From an uncultured Gemmatimonadota bacterium (lineage in GTDB: Bacteria > Gemmatimonadota > Gemmatimonadetes > Palauibacterales > Palauibacteraceae), in contig CAZDZJ010000132.1 of NCBI GenBank assembly GCA_964509895.1, positions 18,269 to 82,268 on the forward strand: a stretch of DNA of 64,000 nucleotides, given 5' to 3'. Shown piece by piece: positions 36,496 to 45,427 of the stretch (within the stretch, counting starts at the first letter, position 1; each line of letters begins with the position of its first letter). The notes under the pieces were generated by a model, which saw nothing but the letters and a program-made list of their open reading frames with translations, ran no database searches and was not told the DNA's origin. Made by a program: the position numbers and the translations under genes.

Positions 36496-37965
36496 CTAGT
36501 CGATGGCGGCCGTCACCTCGCCCACGATGTCGGACAAATACGCGTTGATGTCGCCCGGGCTCGGCCCCAGGCGGACGATGACGAGGTCACGGGATGGGAT
36601 GATCACGGTGTACTGTCCCATGAACCCCGCCGCCCAGAAGGCGTCCTCCGGGGCGCGGGGCAGCAGGCCGCCGCGATTGAGCCAGAAGAGTCCGCCATAG
36701 TTGAGGAGTTCGGCCCCCGGAGCGGGCGTCCGGATGAAGTCCACCCATCCGTCGGGAAGGATCCGGTCGGACGCGCCGTCCGGCGTCGGCCACACGCCGT
36801 CCCACAGGTGGAGGAGGCCGAAACGGGCCCAGTCCCAGGCGCTCCCGTAGTCGTAACCGCTGATGATGAAATTGCCCCACGCGTCCGTTTCCAGAACGTA
36901 GTTCCGGGCGCCGATGCGGTCGAAGAGGATGCGCTGGGGGTAGCTCAGCCAGTCCTCCCCGCGGGACTCGACCGCGTGACGGACGATACGGTTGGCCGTC
37001 AGCGGATCCGAGTTGCGATAGCGGTAAATCTCGCCGGGCGAGCGGTCCATCGGCTGGTTGACCGCGTGCTCGAAGACATCGATCCCCTCGAAGTAGATCC
37101 GCCGGTGTTCGTCCGCGTGCGTCCACGACAGGGAGTCTCTCCAGCCCAGGTTCACGAAATCGAGGCCGGAACTCATGTTCAGAATGTCGCGGATGCGGAT
37201 CTCCCGGCGCGGATCCCCCTCCGCCTGCCACTCCGGGACGGGCGCGGGATCATCGAGCCCCGCGTCGAGATGGCCGGCCTGAATCGCCGCCCCGACGAGC
37301 GCGCTCGCGATGCTTTTCCCCTGGGACCATGAGATCTGCGGCGTATTCCGCGTGAAGCCGGGGGCGTAGCGCTCACCCAGGATTTTGCCGGCATAGACGA
37401 CCACGAGTGCCCGGGTGTTGTGCTCGCTCTGGGCCATCGTCCAGTCGAGGGCGGCGTCGAGCGCGGCCATGTCGACCTCCGGGGGTGGCGGGTCGTGGTA
37501 CGCCCCGACATCGCCGGTGGGCCAGGCGGTTACCGCCGGATCGGGGCTGAGCCGCTCGACGACCTGCGGCTCGAACGCCACGTCTTCGAGCCCGTCCGGC
37601 AGGACCGTGCATCCCTGGTCCCCATTGTACTCGGCCGACCGCGTGCCGAAGTCCTCGCCCGAGACGGAGGCGGTGCGTGTCTCGTAGTTGACGGCGTACT
37701 CGAAGTCATCCTGCCACTTGAAGATGTCGAAGCGCCGGATGTCCTGCGCCACGACCTCATCTACCGCCCGCTCGTAGTCCCGGCCGACGACGAAGACGCC
37801 CGAACAGATGTGGTGCGCCGCCATCCCCGCGATGTGGCCCCGTACATGTGCCGCGTCCGAGGCGTCGGACACCGCGGACCGATCTCCCTCGTCCGGCCCG
37901 CAGGCGGAGGACAGGAACACGGCCCCGAGTGCGGCCAGGATCCGGGATGGGTGATGCGTGCGCAT
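36496..37965 (-). CDS. Beta-lactamase-fold serine hydrolase lipoprotein (S12-like), copy A
   Basis: ATG at 37965 and lipobox FLSSAC. Motifs SxxK (WSQGKS), YxN (YRYRNSD) and the late AAGFMGQY...VIVRLG. Confidence 0.85.
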   Translation of the reverse strand: MRTHHPSRILAALGAVFLSSACGPDEGDRSAVSDASDAAHVRGHIAGMAAHHICSGVFVVGRDYERAVDEVVAQDIRRFDIFKWQDDFEYAVNYETRTASVSGEDFGTRSAEYNGDQGCTVLPDGLEDVAFEPQVVERLSPDPAVTAWPTGDVGAYHDPPPPEVDMAALDAALDWTMAQSEHNTRALVVVYAGKILGERYAPGFTRNTPQISWSQGKSIASALVGAAIQAGHLDAGLDDPAPVPEWQAEGDPRREIRIRDILNMSSGLDFVNLGWRDSLSWTHADEHRRIYFEGIDVFEHAVNQPMDRSPGEIYRYRNSDPLTANRIVRHAVESRGEDWLSYPQRILFDRIGARNYVLETDAWGNFIISGYDYGSAWDWARFGLLHLWDGVWPTPDGASDRILPDGWVDFIRTPAPGAELLNYGGLFWLNRGGLLPRAPEDAFWAAGFMGQYTVIIPSRDLVIVRLGPSPGDINAYLSDIVGEVTAAID

Positions 37966-37982
37966 GCGTCCTCCTTCGGCCG

Positions 37983-39428
37983 CTACCGGTCGATGGCCGC
38001 CGTCACGTCGCCGACGATGTCGGACATGTACGCGCCGTGGTCGCCGGGACTCGGTCCCAGCCGGACGACCACCAGGTCCCGGGACGGGACGATGACCGTG
38101 TACTGCCCCATGGCGCCAGCCGGCCAGTACGCGTCTTCGGGCGCTCCCGGAAACGCGCCACCGCGATTCACCCAGAAGAGTCCGCCGTAGTCGAGCAGCT
38201 CCGCGCCGGGAGCCGGCGTGCGGACGAAGTCCACCCACCCCTCCGGGAGGATGCGGTCGGACCCTCCATCGGGCGTCGGCCACACGCCGTCCCACAGGTG
38301 GAGGAGGCCGAACCGGGCCCAGTCCCACGCGCTCCCGTAGTCGTAGCCGGTGATGATGAAGTTGCCCCAGGCGTCCGTCTCGAGGACGTAGTTCCGTGCC
38401 CCGATTCGGTCGAACAGGATGCGCTGGGGATAGGTGAGCCACTCGATTCCGCGCGCTTCGACGGCCTGCCGAACGATGCGGGTCGCGGTGAGCGGATCCG
38501 AGTTCCGGTAGCGGAAGATCTCCCCCGGTGCGCGGTCCATCGGCTGGTCGATGGCGTGTTCGAACACGTCGATCCCCTCGAAGTAGATCCGGGAGTGTTC
38601 GTGGGCGTGGGTCCAGCGGCGTTCGAGATCCGAGCCCAGGTTCAGAAAATCGAGGCCCGAACTCATGTTGAGGAGATCGCGCATGCGGATCTCGCGGCGA
38701 GGGTCGCCCTCCCCCTGCCATTCGGGGACCGGCGCGGGATCGTCGAGTCCGACATCGAGGTGGCCGGCCTGGATTGCGGCGCCGACGAGCGCGCTCGCGA
38801 TGCTCTTCCCCTGGGACCACGAGATCTGCGGTGTGTTGCGCGTGAAACCCGAGGCGTAGCGCTCGCCGAGGATCTTCCCCGCGTAGACGACCATGAGTGC
38901 GCGCGTATTGTGTTCGCTCCGGGCCATCGCCCGGTCGAGAGCCGCATCGAGCGCGGCCATGTCGACTTCGGCGGGTGGCGGGTCGTGGTACGCTCCGATG
39001 TCCCCGGACGGCCACGCGGTCGCCTCGGGATCCGGACTCAGCCGCTCGACGACCACAGGCTCGAAGGTCACGTCGTCGAATCCGGCCGGGAGGATCGTGC
39101 ACCCCTGGTCGTCGTTGTATTCGGCGTACTGCGTCGGGACCCCGTCTCCCGAGACCGAGGCCGTGCGCGTCTCGAAATCCACCGCGTACTCGAAACCATC
39201 CTGCCAGTCGAACCGGTCGAAGGGCCGGATGTCCTCTGCCACGACCTCCTCGACAGAGCGTTCGTGGTCCCGGCCCACCACGAAGACGCCGGCGCAGAGG
39301 TGGTGGACCGCCATCCCGGCAACGTGCCCGCGGATATGGGCCTCGTCTTCCACCTCCGCTTCGACCCGCGCGCCCGGCTCGGGCCCGCAGCCGGGAAGCA
39401 GGAGGACAGCCGCCGCGGCGACCGGCAT
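37983..39428 (-). CDS. Beta-lactamase-fold serine hydrolase lipoprotein (S12-like), copy B
   Basis: The ATG at 39428 (MPVAAAAVLLLPGC lipobox) is preferred. The ORF-track start at 39461 would overlap copy C by 17 nt. The SQGK and YRN motifs match copy A. Confidence 0.85.
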   Translation of the reverse strand: MPVAAAAVLLLPGCGPEPGARVEAEVEDEAHIRGHVAGMAVHHLCAGVFVVGRDHERSVEEVVAEDIRPFDRFDWQDGFEYAVDFETRTASVSGDGVPTQYAEYNDDQGCTILPAGFDDVTFEPVVVERLSPDPEATAWPSGDIGAYHDPPPAEVDMAALDAALDRAMARSEHNTRALMVVYAGKILGERYASGFTRNTPQISWSQGKSIASALVGAAIQAGHLDVGLDDPAPVPEWQGEGDPRREIRMRDLLNMSSGLDFLNLGSDLERRWTHAHEHSRIYFEGIDVFEHAIDQPMDRAPGEIFRYRNSDPLTATRIVRQAVEARGIEWLTYPQRILFDRIGARNYVLETDAWGNFIITGYDYGSAWDWARFGLLHLWDGVWPTPDGGSDRILPEGWVDFVRTPAPGAELLDYGGLFWVNRGGAFPGAPEDAYWPAGAMGQYTVIVPSRDLVVVRLGPSPGDHGAYMSDIVGDVTAAIDR

Positions 39429-39444
39429 TCGGCTTCGGCGACTG

Positions 39445-40929
39445 CTAGCGATCGATCGCATCCGTCACCTCGCCGATGATGTCCGACAGATACGCGCCGG
39501 TGTCGCCGGGACTCGGCCCGAGGCGGACGATCACGAGATCGTGGGAGGGGATGATGGCCGTGTACTGTCCCATGAATCCCGCTGCCCAGTACGCGTCCTC
39601 CGGCGCGCGGGGCATCGAGCCGCCCCGGTTGAGCCAGAAAAGCCCGCCGTACTGCAGACCTTCGGCGCCCGGAGCGGGCGTGCTGACGAAGTCCACCCAT
39701 CCCTCGGGGAGGATGCGGTCGCTTCCGCCGTCCGGACCCGGCCACACGCCGTCCCACAGGTGGAGGAGGCCGAATCGCGCCCAGTCCCACGCGCTCCCGT
39801 AGTCGTAGCCGGTGATGATGAAGTTGCCCCAAGCGTCCGTTTCCAGAACGTAGTTCCGGGCCCCGATGCGGTCGAAGAGGATGCGCTGGGGGTAGGTGAG
39901 CCAGTCCTCGCCCCGCGCCTCGACCGCCTGCCGCACGATGCGGTTCGCCGTGAGGGGGTCGGAGTTGCGGTAGCGGAAGATCTCCCCGGGGGCGCGGTCC
40001 ATCGGCTGATCGATCGCGTGCTCGAACACGTCGATCCCCTCGAAGTAGATCCGGAAGTGCTCGTTCGCGTGCGTCCACGACAGCGAATCCGTCAGCCCCA
40101 GGTTCAGGAAGTCGAGGCCCGAACTCATGTTCAGGATGTCGCGGATGCGGATCTCCCGCCGGGGGTCGCCCTCCCCGTGCCATTCGGGCACGGGCACGGG
40201 ATCGTCGAGGCCCGCGTCGAGGTGGCCGGCCTGGATCGCGGCGCCGACGAGTGCGCTCGCGACGCTCTTCCCCTGCGACCACGAGATCTGCGGCGTGTTC
40301 CGGGTGAAGCCGGGCGCGTAGCGCTCGCCGAGAATCTTCCCCGCGTAGATGACGACGAGGGCGCGCGTGTTGTGCCCGGTCTGCGCCATCGTCCAGTCGA
40401 GGGCGGCTTCGAGGGCCTCCATGTCGACCTCGGGCGGCGGGGGATCATGGTACGCGCCAACGTCGCCCGTGGGCCAGGCGGTCACTGCCGGATCGGGGCT
40501 CAGCCGCTCGACGACCTGCGGCTCGTAGGCCACATCCTCGAGGTCGGCCGGCAGGATCGTGCAGCCCTGGTCCCCGTTGTACTCGGCGGAGCGCGTGCCG
40601 AAGTCCGCCCCCGAGACGGAGGCGGTGCGCGTCTCGAAGTTCACCGCGTACTCGAAATCTTCCTGCCACCGGAAGATTTCGAAGCGGCGGATGTCCTGTG
40701 CCACGACCTCTTCCACGGAGCGCTCGTAGTCGCGCCCAACGACGAAGACACCCGAGCAGATGTGGTGCGCGGCCATGCCGGCGATGTGCGACCGCTCGTG
40801 GGCCGCCTCGTCGTCCTCGGCCACGGTTCGTGTGTCCCCGCACCCGGCAACGCACGCGGTGACGATCAAGACGCCGCCCGCCGCCACGCGGCTCCGGAAC
40901 CGATGACGGATCCCCGACAGAGTCTTCAT
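39445..40929 (-). CDS. Beta-lactamase-fold serine hydrolase lipoprotein (S12-like), copy C
   Basis: ATG at 40929 (MKTLSG...) and lipobox ACVAGC. The catalytic motifs match copies A and B. Confidence 0.85.
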   Translation of the reverse strand: MKTLSGIRHRFRSRVAAGGVLIVTACVAGCGDTRTVAEDDEAAHERSHIAGMAAHHICSGVFVVGRDYERSVEEVVAQDIRRFEIFRWQEDFEYAVNFETRTASVSGADFGTRSAEYNGDQGCTILPADLEDVAYEPQVVERLSPDPAVTAWPTGDVGAYHDPPPPEVDMEALEAALDWTMAQTGHNTRALVVIYAGKILGERYAPGFTRNTPQISWSQGKSVASALVGAAIQAGHLDAGLDDPVPVPEWHGEGDPRREIRIRDILNMSSGLDFLNLGLTDSLSWTHANEHFRIYFEGIDVFEHAIDQPMDRAPGEIFRYRNSDPLTANRIVRQAVEARGEDWLTYPQRILFDRIGARNYVLETDAWGNFIITGYDYGSAWDWARFGLLHLWDGVWPGPDGGSDRILPEGWVDFVSTPAPGAEGLQYGGLFWLNRGGSMPRAPEDAYWAAGFMGQYTAIIPSHDLVIVRLGPSPGDTGAYLSDIIGEVTDAIDR

Positions 40930-41143
40930 GCGAACCCCCATTGCCTTGTACCGGCGGCCGGTCGTCCGCCAGGGTTTCGTAGCTGAGCGCATCCGACGCG
41001 TCCCGCGCAAGGGTCCGATAACGTTTTCGGCGGGATCCGTGTCGTTTCAAACGAAGAGGCCGTTCGCCGCGCGGAAGGGAAGCAGGCGACGGCAGCAGGC
41101 GATGGAAACAGCGATGGAAGCAGGCAGGAAAGAGAGGATATCG

Positions 41144-41530
41144 ATGAGAAAGACGATCGGAGCATTCGCTCTCATAATGGTCGCACTCGCCGCCGGGGCG
41201 CCGCTGGAGGCGCAGGCTCAGCGGGGAGCCCGCGGCTTCGGCATGAGCCTCGACGACCAGATGACGGCCCTCACGGAGCGGCTCGCGCTGGACGAGGAGC
41301 AGGTTGTGCAGGTCCGTCAAATCCTCCAGACCCGGGCGGAGAGCCGGCGCGAGCGTTTACAGGCCGCGCGGGGGTCGGGGGACCGGAACGCGATGATGCA
41401 GGTCATGCAGGAACTCCAGCAGGAGACCGAGACCAAGCTGGCCGAAGTGCTGAGCGACGAACAGATGGAGAAGTACCGGGAATACGTGGCCGAGCAGCAG
41501 CAGCGGCGCCGGCCTCCACTCTCCCTCTAA
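41144..41530 (+). CDS. Spy/CpxP-like periplasmic protein (LTxxQ-type)
   Basis: ATG at 41144 and signal MRKTIGAFALIMVALAAGAPLEAQA. The mature part is helical and Gln/Glu/Arg-rich, with LALDEEQ and LSDEQ motifs. Confidence 0.6.
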   Translation: MRKTIGAFALIMVALAAGAPLEAQAQRGARGFGMSLDDQMTALTERLALDEEQVVQVRQILQTRAESRRERLQAARGSGDRNAMMQVMQELQQETETKLAEVLSDEQMEKYREYVAEQQQRRRPPLSL

Positions 41531-41543
41531 CGGACCGGGGCGG

Positions 41544-42515
41544 CTACCTCGAGGCCGGCGCCCGCACGGTCGCCGGCCTCGGGCCGCCCTTCGGCGCCCG
41601 CCCCCGCTGCACCAGCACCACCGCCGCTACGATGATCACCGCGCCGGCCAGCATCGGCAGCGTGAAAGCCTCATCCGCCAGCCACCAGCCCAGAAAGAGC
41701 GCTACGACCGGGTTGACGTAGGCATACGTGCCCGCCGCCGCCGGCCTCACGGTCCGCAGCAGCCACATGTAGGCCGAGAAGGCGACGATCGATCCCATTA
41801 CGGTCAGGTACAGCAGCGACAGCCACGACCTGAGCGCGACGTCGCCGAACGAAAGGCGGGAGAACTCACCCGTCACGGTCGCGATGAGGATGAGCACGAC
41901 CCCTCCGGCCGTCATCGTCAGCGCCGTTCCGTAGAGGGGCGGCCCCGGCAACGAGGCCCGCCGGTTGTACATGGAGCCGAAGGCCCAGCTCAGCGAGGAA
42001 CCGAGGATCGCCAGGGCTCCCAGTCCGACCTGGTCGGCGCTCGCACCGCCGACGCCGATCTCCGCCCCGGAGCCGCGCACGAGGACGACGACCCCCGCGA
42101 TGCCGAGTACGAGCCCCGCAACCTCCAGCGGGCGTGTGGGCTCACGGTCCGGCCCGAACCGGGCCATCGCGACCAGCCAGAGCGGCACCGTGGCGACGAG
42201 CAGGGCGGCCAATCCCGAAGGCACGAACTGCACGGCCCAGCACACGACCCCGTTCCCGCCGGCGACCATGAACGCTCCCGAGATCGTCGCCGCCTTCCAC
42301 TCCACGGGCTTCGGTGCCCGTGCACCCCGCGCGCGGGACACGGCCATGAGCACGAGTCCTGCCGCCAGAAACCGCGTCCCGCCGAGCAGCAAGGGCGGGA
42401 TCGTCTCCACCCCGAAGCGGGTCGCCAGGTAGGTCGACCCCCAGACGAGGTACACTGCCGCGAACGCCAGCAGCAGGTTCCGCCTGGAAGCGGGGGAGCC
42501 GGCGGCCGGGTTCAA
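41544..42515 (-). CDS. EamA/DMT-family transporter
   Basis: Ten-TM pattern with two EamA-like halves (YLVWGSTYLATR... and AFGSMYNRR...). I propose a TTG start at 42515 overlapping the APC stop (TTGA). The start is uncertain. Confidence 0.7.
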   Translation of the reverse strand: MNPAAGSPASRRNLLLAFAAVYLVWGSTYLATRFGVETIPPLLLGGTRFLAAGLVLMAVSRARGARAPKPVEWKAATISGAFMVAGGNGVVCWAVQFVPSGLAALLVATVPLWLVAMARFGPDREPTRPLEVAGLVLGIAGVVVLVRGSGAEIGVGGASADQVGLGALAILGSSLSWAFGSMYNRRASLPGPPLYGTALTMTAGGVVLILIATVTGEFSRLSFGDVALRSWLSLLYLTVMGSIVAFSAYMWLLRTVRPAAAGTYAYVNPVVALFLGWWLADEAFTLPMLAGAVIIVAAVVLVQRGRAPKGGPRPATVRAPASR

Positions 42516-43870
42516 GCGCGCGTCCGCCGATCCCGGGCCCGGGTGACGCCGTAGATGACGAGGCCGACCGCGATGAGCCCCAATCCCAGCCCCGCTTCGA
42601 GTGGCCGGTCGCGCAGGATGTAGGCCAGCGTCCAGCCCGTCACCGCCAGGAAGACGATCGGCGTCACGGGATACCCCCACGTCCGATACGGTTCGGCCGC
42701 CCCGGATCCCCCGCCGGCCCCGGATCGCTCGACCGCCCCGGATCGCTCGGCTGCCCCGGATCCTCCGTCCAGACCCGATGGTTCATCCGCCGTGGATCGA
42801 CGGCTCCGCGCCTGCCGACGGCGAAGGAGAAACACGCCGCCCGCGGCCAGGAACGTGTTGAGGCCCATCGTGAAGCCCGAGAAGACGAGGATCGTCTCGA
42901 ACGATTCGGTGAGGATGAAGAGGAGACTGATCGCGCCCTGCGTGAAGATCGCCACGCCGGGCGTCCCCCGCGCGTTGATCGAACTCAGGAACCGGAAGGT
43001 CGGATAGTCCTCTCCGATCGCGTGCAGCACGCGCGGACCCGCGAGCACCATGGCGCTCACCGTCGAGACGAGGAGGAGGGCGAGCGTGATCCCCATGAGG
43101 TCGGCCCCGACCGGCCCGAAGATGTATCCCGCCGCGATGTACCCGACCTCGAGTCGGCCCGCCATTTCCTCAGCGGGCGCGGCACGGAGGAAGACGTAGT
43201 TCAGTCCCACGTAGAGCGTCATCACGAGCAGCGTACCGGCTGCCAGCGCGCGGGGCAGCGTCCGCCGCGGGTCGCGGAGTTCGCCCGTCACGTAGGTGGC
43301 CGCGTTCCAGCCCGAATACGAGTAGGAGACGAAAATGAGCGACACCGCGAATCCGCTGGAGAGCACGCTCGACACACCGGCCGCAGAGGGGAGAACGCCC
43401 ACCTCCCGAGGTTCCGCGACGAGGAACAGCCCCGCCGCGCAGAAGGCGACGATGAGTGCCACCTTGGCCGTCGTCGACCAGCGCTGAAAGCCCCCCGAGG
43501 TGCGGTGCGTCCGGGCGTGTACGACCGAGAGCACCAACACGAGACCGACCGCGAGCCATCGGGCGGGCAGGGCCGGAAACACCGAACTGAGGTACGTCCC
43601 GAAGGTGATCGCGGCCAACGCCGTGGGGGCCGCGAACCCGATCGTGGCCGAGATCCACCCCGATACGAAACCGGCGGCGGGATGATAGGTGTGCGAGAGA
43701 AACGTGTACTCGCCGCCCGACCGCCGGATCGTCGATCCCAGTTCCGCGTAGGTGAGGGCGCCGCACACGGCCGCGACCCCGCCTACGACCCACAGCATGA
43801 GGAGCGCGAATCCCGATCTCAGCGACTCGAGCTGGAAGCCGAGGCTCGTGAAGACGCCGGTCCCGATCAT
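42512..43870 (-). CDS. APC-superfamily amino acid permease
   Basis: It has the GTGVF motif (TM1), GGEYTF, and a 12-TM pattern. The first canonical start (43870) falls inside TM1. The in-frame upstream sequence (to 43975) reads like the missing N-terminus but has no ATG, GTG or TTG. Confidence 0.8.
   Translation of the reverse strand: MIGTGVFTSLGFQLESLRSGFALLMLWVVGGVAAVCGALTYAELGSTIRRSGGEYTFLSHTYHPAAGFVSGWISATIGFAAPTALAAITFGTYLSSVFPALPARWLAVGLVLVLSVVHARTHRTSGGFQRWSTTAKVALIVAFCAAGLFLVAEPREVGVLPSAAGVSSVLSSGFAVSLIFVSYSYSGWNAATYVTGELRDPRRTLPRALAAGTLLVMTLYVGLNYVFLRAAPAEEMAGRLEVGYIAAGYIFGPVGADLMGITLALLLVSTVSAMVLAGPRVLHAIGEDYPTFRFLSSINARGTPGVAIFTQGAISLLFILTESFETILVFSGFTMGLNTFLAAGGVFLLRRRQARSRRSTADEPSGLDGGSGAAERSGAVERSGAGGGSGAAEPYRTWGYPVTPIVFLAVTGWTLAYILRDRPLEAGLGLGLIAVGLVIYGVTRARDRRTRA
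42700..42771 (-). repeat. 4 x 18-nt in-frame tandem repeat in the APC permease
   Basis: The units are CCCCGGATCCCCCGCCGG, CCCCGGATCGCTCGACCG, CCCCGGATCGCTCGGCTG and CCCCGGATCCTCCGTCCA. On the minus strand they encode GGSGAAERSGAVERSGAGGGSGAA. Confidence 0.8.
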
Positions 43871-43943
43871 GTTGGCGACGACGACCGCCGCCGCCGTGTG
43901 GAGGCCGAAACCGGCCCTTGGCGTCTTCAGCGGATTGGCGTCT

Positions 43944-45299
43944 TCAGGGGATGGGCTCGGCCAGGCCCGCCTCGCTCACGAGCAGGAGGAGGTTCGCCTG
44001 GATCGCGAGGTGGCCGTCACGATTGATCCACCACTCGCCGGGCGAGTGGGCGCCCATCCCTATGCCCCCGCTCCCGATCGTCACCGCGGGGATGCCAAGG
44101 GAGATCGGGATGTTCGAGTCCGTCGACGAGCGGGCCAGCGCGGGCACCGCCCCGAACAGGCGCATGACCTCGATGGCCCGTTCCACCAGCGGGTGGTCGT
44201 CGGCAACCTCCCCGGAGGGACGGTCTCCGATCTGGTCCAGTTCGAGTTCGATCTCCGGCCCCGCGCGGCGCAGCGCGTTTTCCTCGGCCAGCGCGCGGCG
44301 CATGGCGCCCTGGAGGGCGGCGTCGATGCGGGAGAGGCTCTCCTCGCTCTCCGAACGCATGTCCACCTCCATCCACGATTCGAACGGAATCGCGTTGACC
44401 GAGGTGCCGCCGCCGAGCCGCCCCACGTTGTAGCTCGTGCGCGGACCCGACCGCGTGAGCGTGTCGGCCACGTCCTGGAAGTGGCGGATCCCCCGGCCGA
44501 GGGCATGAGCGGGGTTCGCGAGCCCGAACGCGCCCCAGGAGTGTCCACCGGGCCCCCGGAAGGTGACGCGGTAGCGGTGGGACCCGAGCCCCTTGTTCAC
44601 GATTCTTCCCAGCCCGATCCCGTCAACGTCGATCCAGGTGTGGATCGGATCCGCCCCATCGCGAAACAGGTACTTCATGCCCCGCAGGTCGCCGAGCCCT
44701 TCCTCGCCGACCGTGCCGATGAACCGGACGTCCGCCTCCGTCTCGATCCCGGCGGCCTCGAGTGCGCGCAGGACCGTGAGCACCGCCATGAGACCGCGCG
44801 TGTCGTCACCGATTCCCGGAGCAAAGAGCGTGTCCCCGCGCTGTGTGACCGTCACGTCGACGTCCGCCGGGAACACCGTGTCCAGGTGCCCCGAAAGCGC
44901 GACGACCCGCCGCGTCCCGTCGTCCGCCGAGCCGCGCGCGCCTCCACGCCCGTACCGGATCGCTACCGCATTGCCCTCCTCGTCGATGAACACGGAGTCG
45001 GCCCCCGCCTCCCGCAGCCACTCCGCGTAGATCCGGGCGCGCTCCTCCTCCATGAAGGGGGGCGCCGGGATCTCGGTGAGTTCGATCAGTTCGCGGATCG
45101 TTGTCGGGTCGAGTTCCTCGATGATCCGGAAGGCGTCCCGTACCGCAGGATGTTCGGCGAGGCGGCGAACCTCTTCACCCGGCGTCTGGGCGGTCAGCGC
45201 GTCCGGTGTCCCCGCGCCGAGGATGGCGCCGAACAGAAAGGCGCCGCGGACGAGGGAGGCGAACGAGGCGGCGATAACGTCGGTGTGGGATCCTGGCAT
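43944..45299 (-). CDS. M20-family metallopeptidase
   Basis: Motifs LSGHLDTVFP, PGIGDDTRG, TVGEEGLGDLRG, and SSTDSNIP...GMGAHSPGEW. Confidence 0.85.
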   Translation of the reverse strand: MPGSHTDVIAASFASLVRGAFLFGAILGAGTPDALTAQTPGEEVRRLAEHPAVRDAFRIIEELDPTTIRELIELTEIPAPPFMEEERARIYAEWLREAGADSVFIDEEGNAVAIRYGRGGARGSADDGTRRVVALSGHLDTVFPADVDVTVTQRGDTLFAPGIGDDTRGLMAVLTVLRALEAAGIETEADVRFIGTVGEEGLGDLRGMKYLFRDGADPIHTWIDVDGIGLGRIVNKGLGSHRYRVTFRGPGGHSWGAFGLANPAHALGRGIRHFQDVADTLTRSGPRTSYNVGRLGGGTSVNAIPFESWMEVDMRSESEESLSRIDAALQGAMRRALAEENALRRAGPEIELELDQIGDRPSGEVADDHPLVERAIEVMRLFGAVPALARSSTDSNIPISLGIPAVTIGSGGIGMGAHSPGEWWINRDGHLAIQANLLLLVSEAGLAEPIP

Positions 45300-45427
45300 G
45301 GCTCGTGGGTCTCCGGGACCTGGGACATCGGAGACGGCTACCCTCCACCGCTCCGGCTGTAGCTGTCGATCTCCGCGAAGGTACCGGACACTGAGCGCCG
45401 CGCCAGATGCAGGCGTGCGACACTACA

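Larger units (their letters stand above)
36496..40929 (-). repeat. Tandem triplication of a roughly 1.48-kb gene unit
   Basis: Three head-to-tail paralogous CDSs are alignable end to end. Identity by eye is about 80% at nucleotide level and about 80-85% at amino-acid level (not computed). Confidence 0.85.

Noticed and set aside
36496-39102. An 868-aa ORF that suggests a giant fused beta-lactamase-like protein.
   Set aside because: The N-terminal 379 aa are an out-of-frame read-through across paralog B and are Arg/Pro/Gly-rich nonsense. A proper ATG with a lipoprotein signal at 37965 gives a 489-aa protein colinear with its two paralogs.
43928-43946. Programmed frameshift or a fusion between the M20 peptidase and the downstream APC permease.
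   Set aside because: No slippery heptamer or stimulatory structure is evident, and a peptidase-permease fusion is biologically implausible. Non-canonical initiation or re-initiation, or a sequence error, are simpler explanations.
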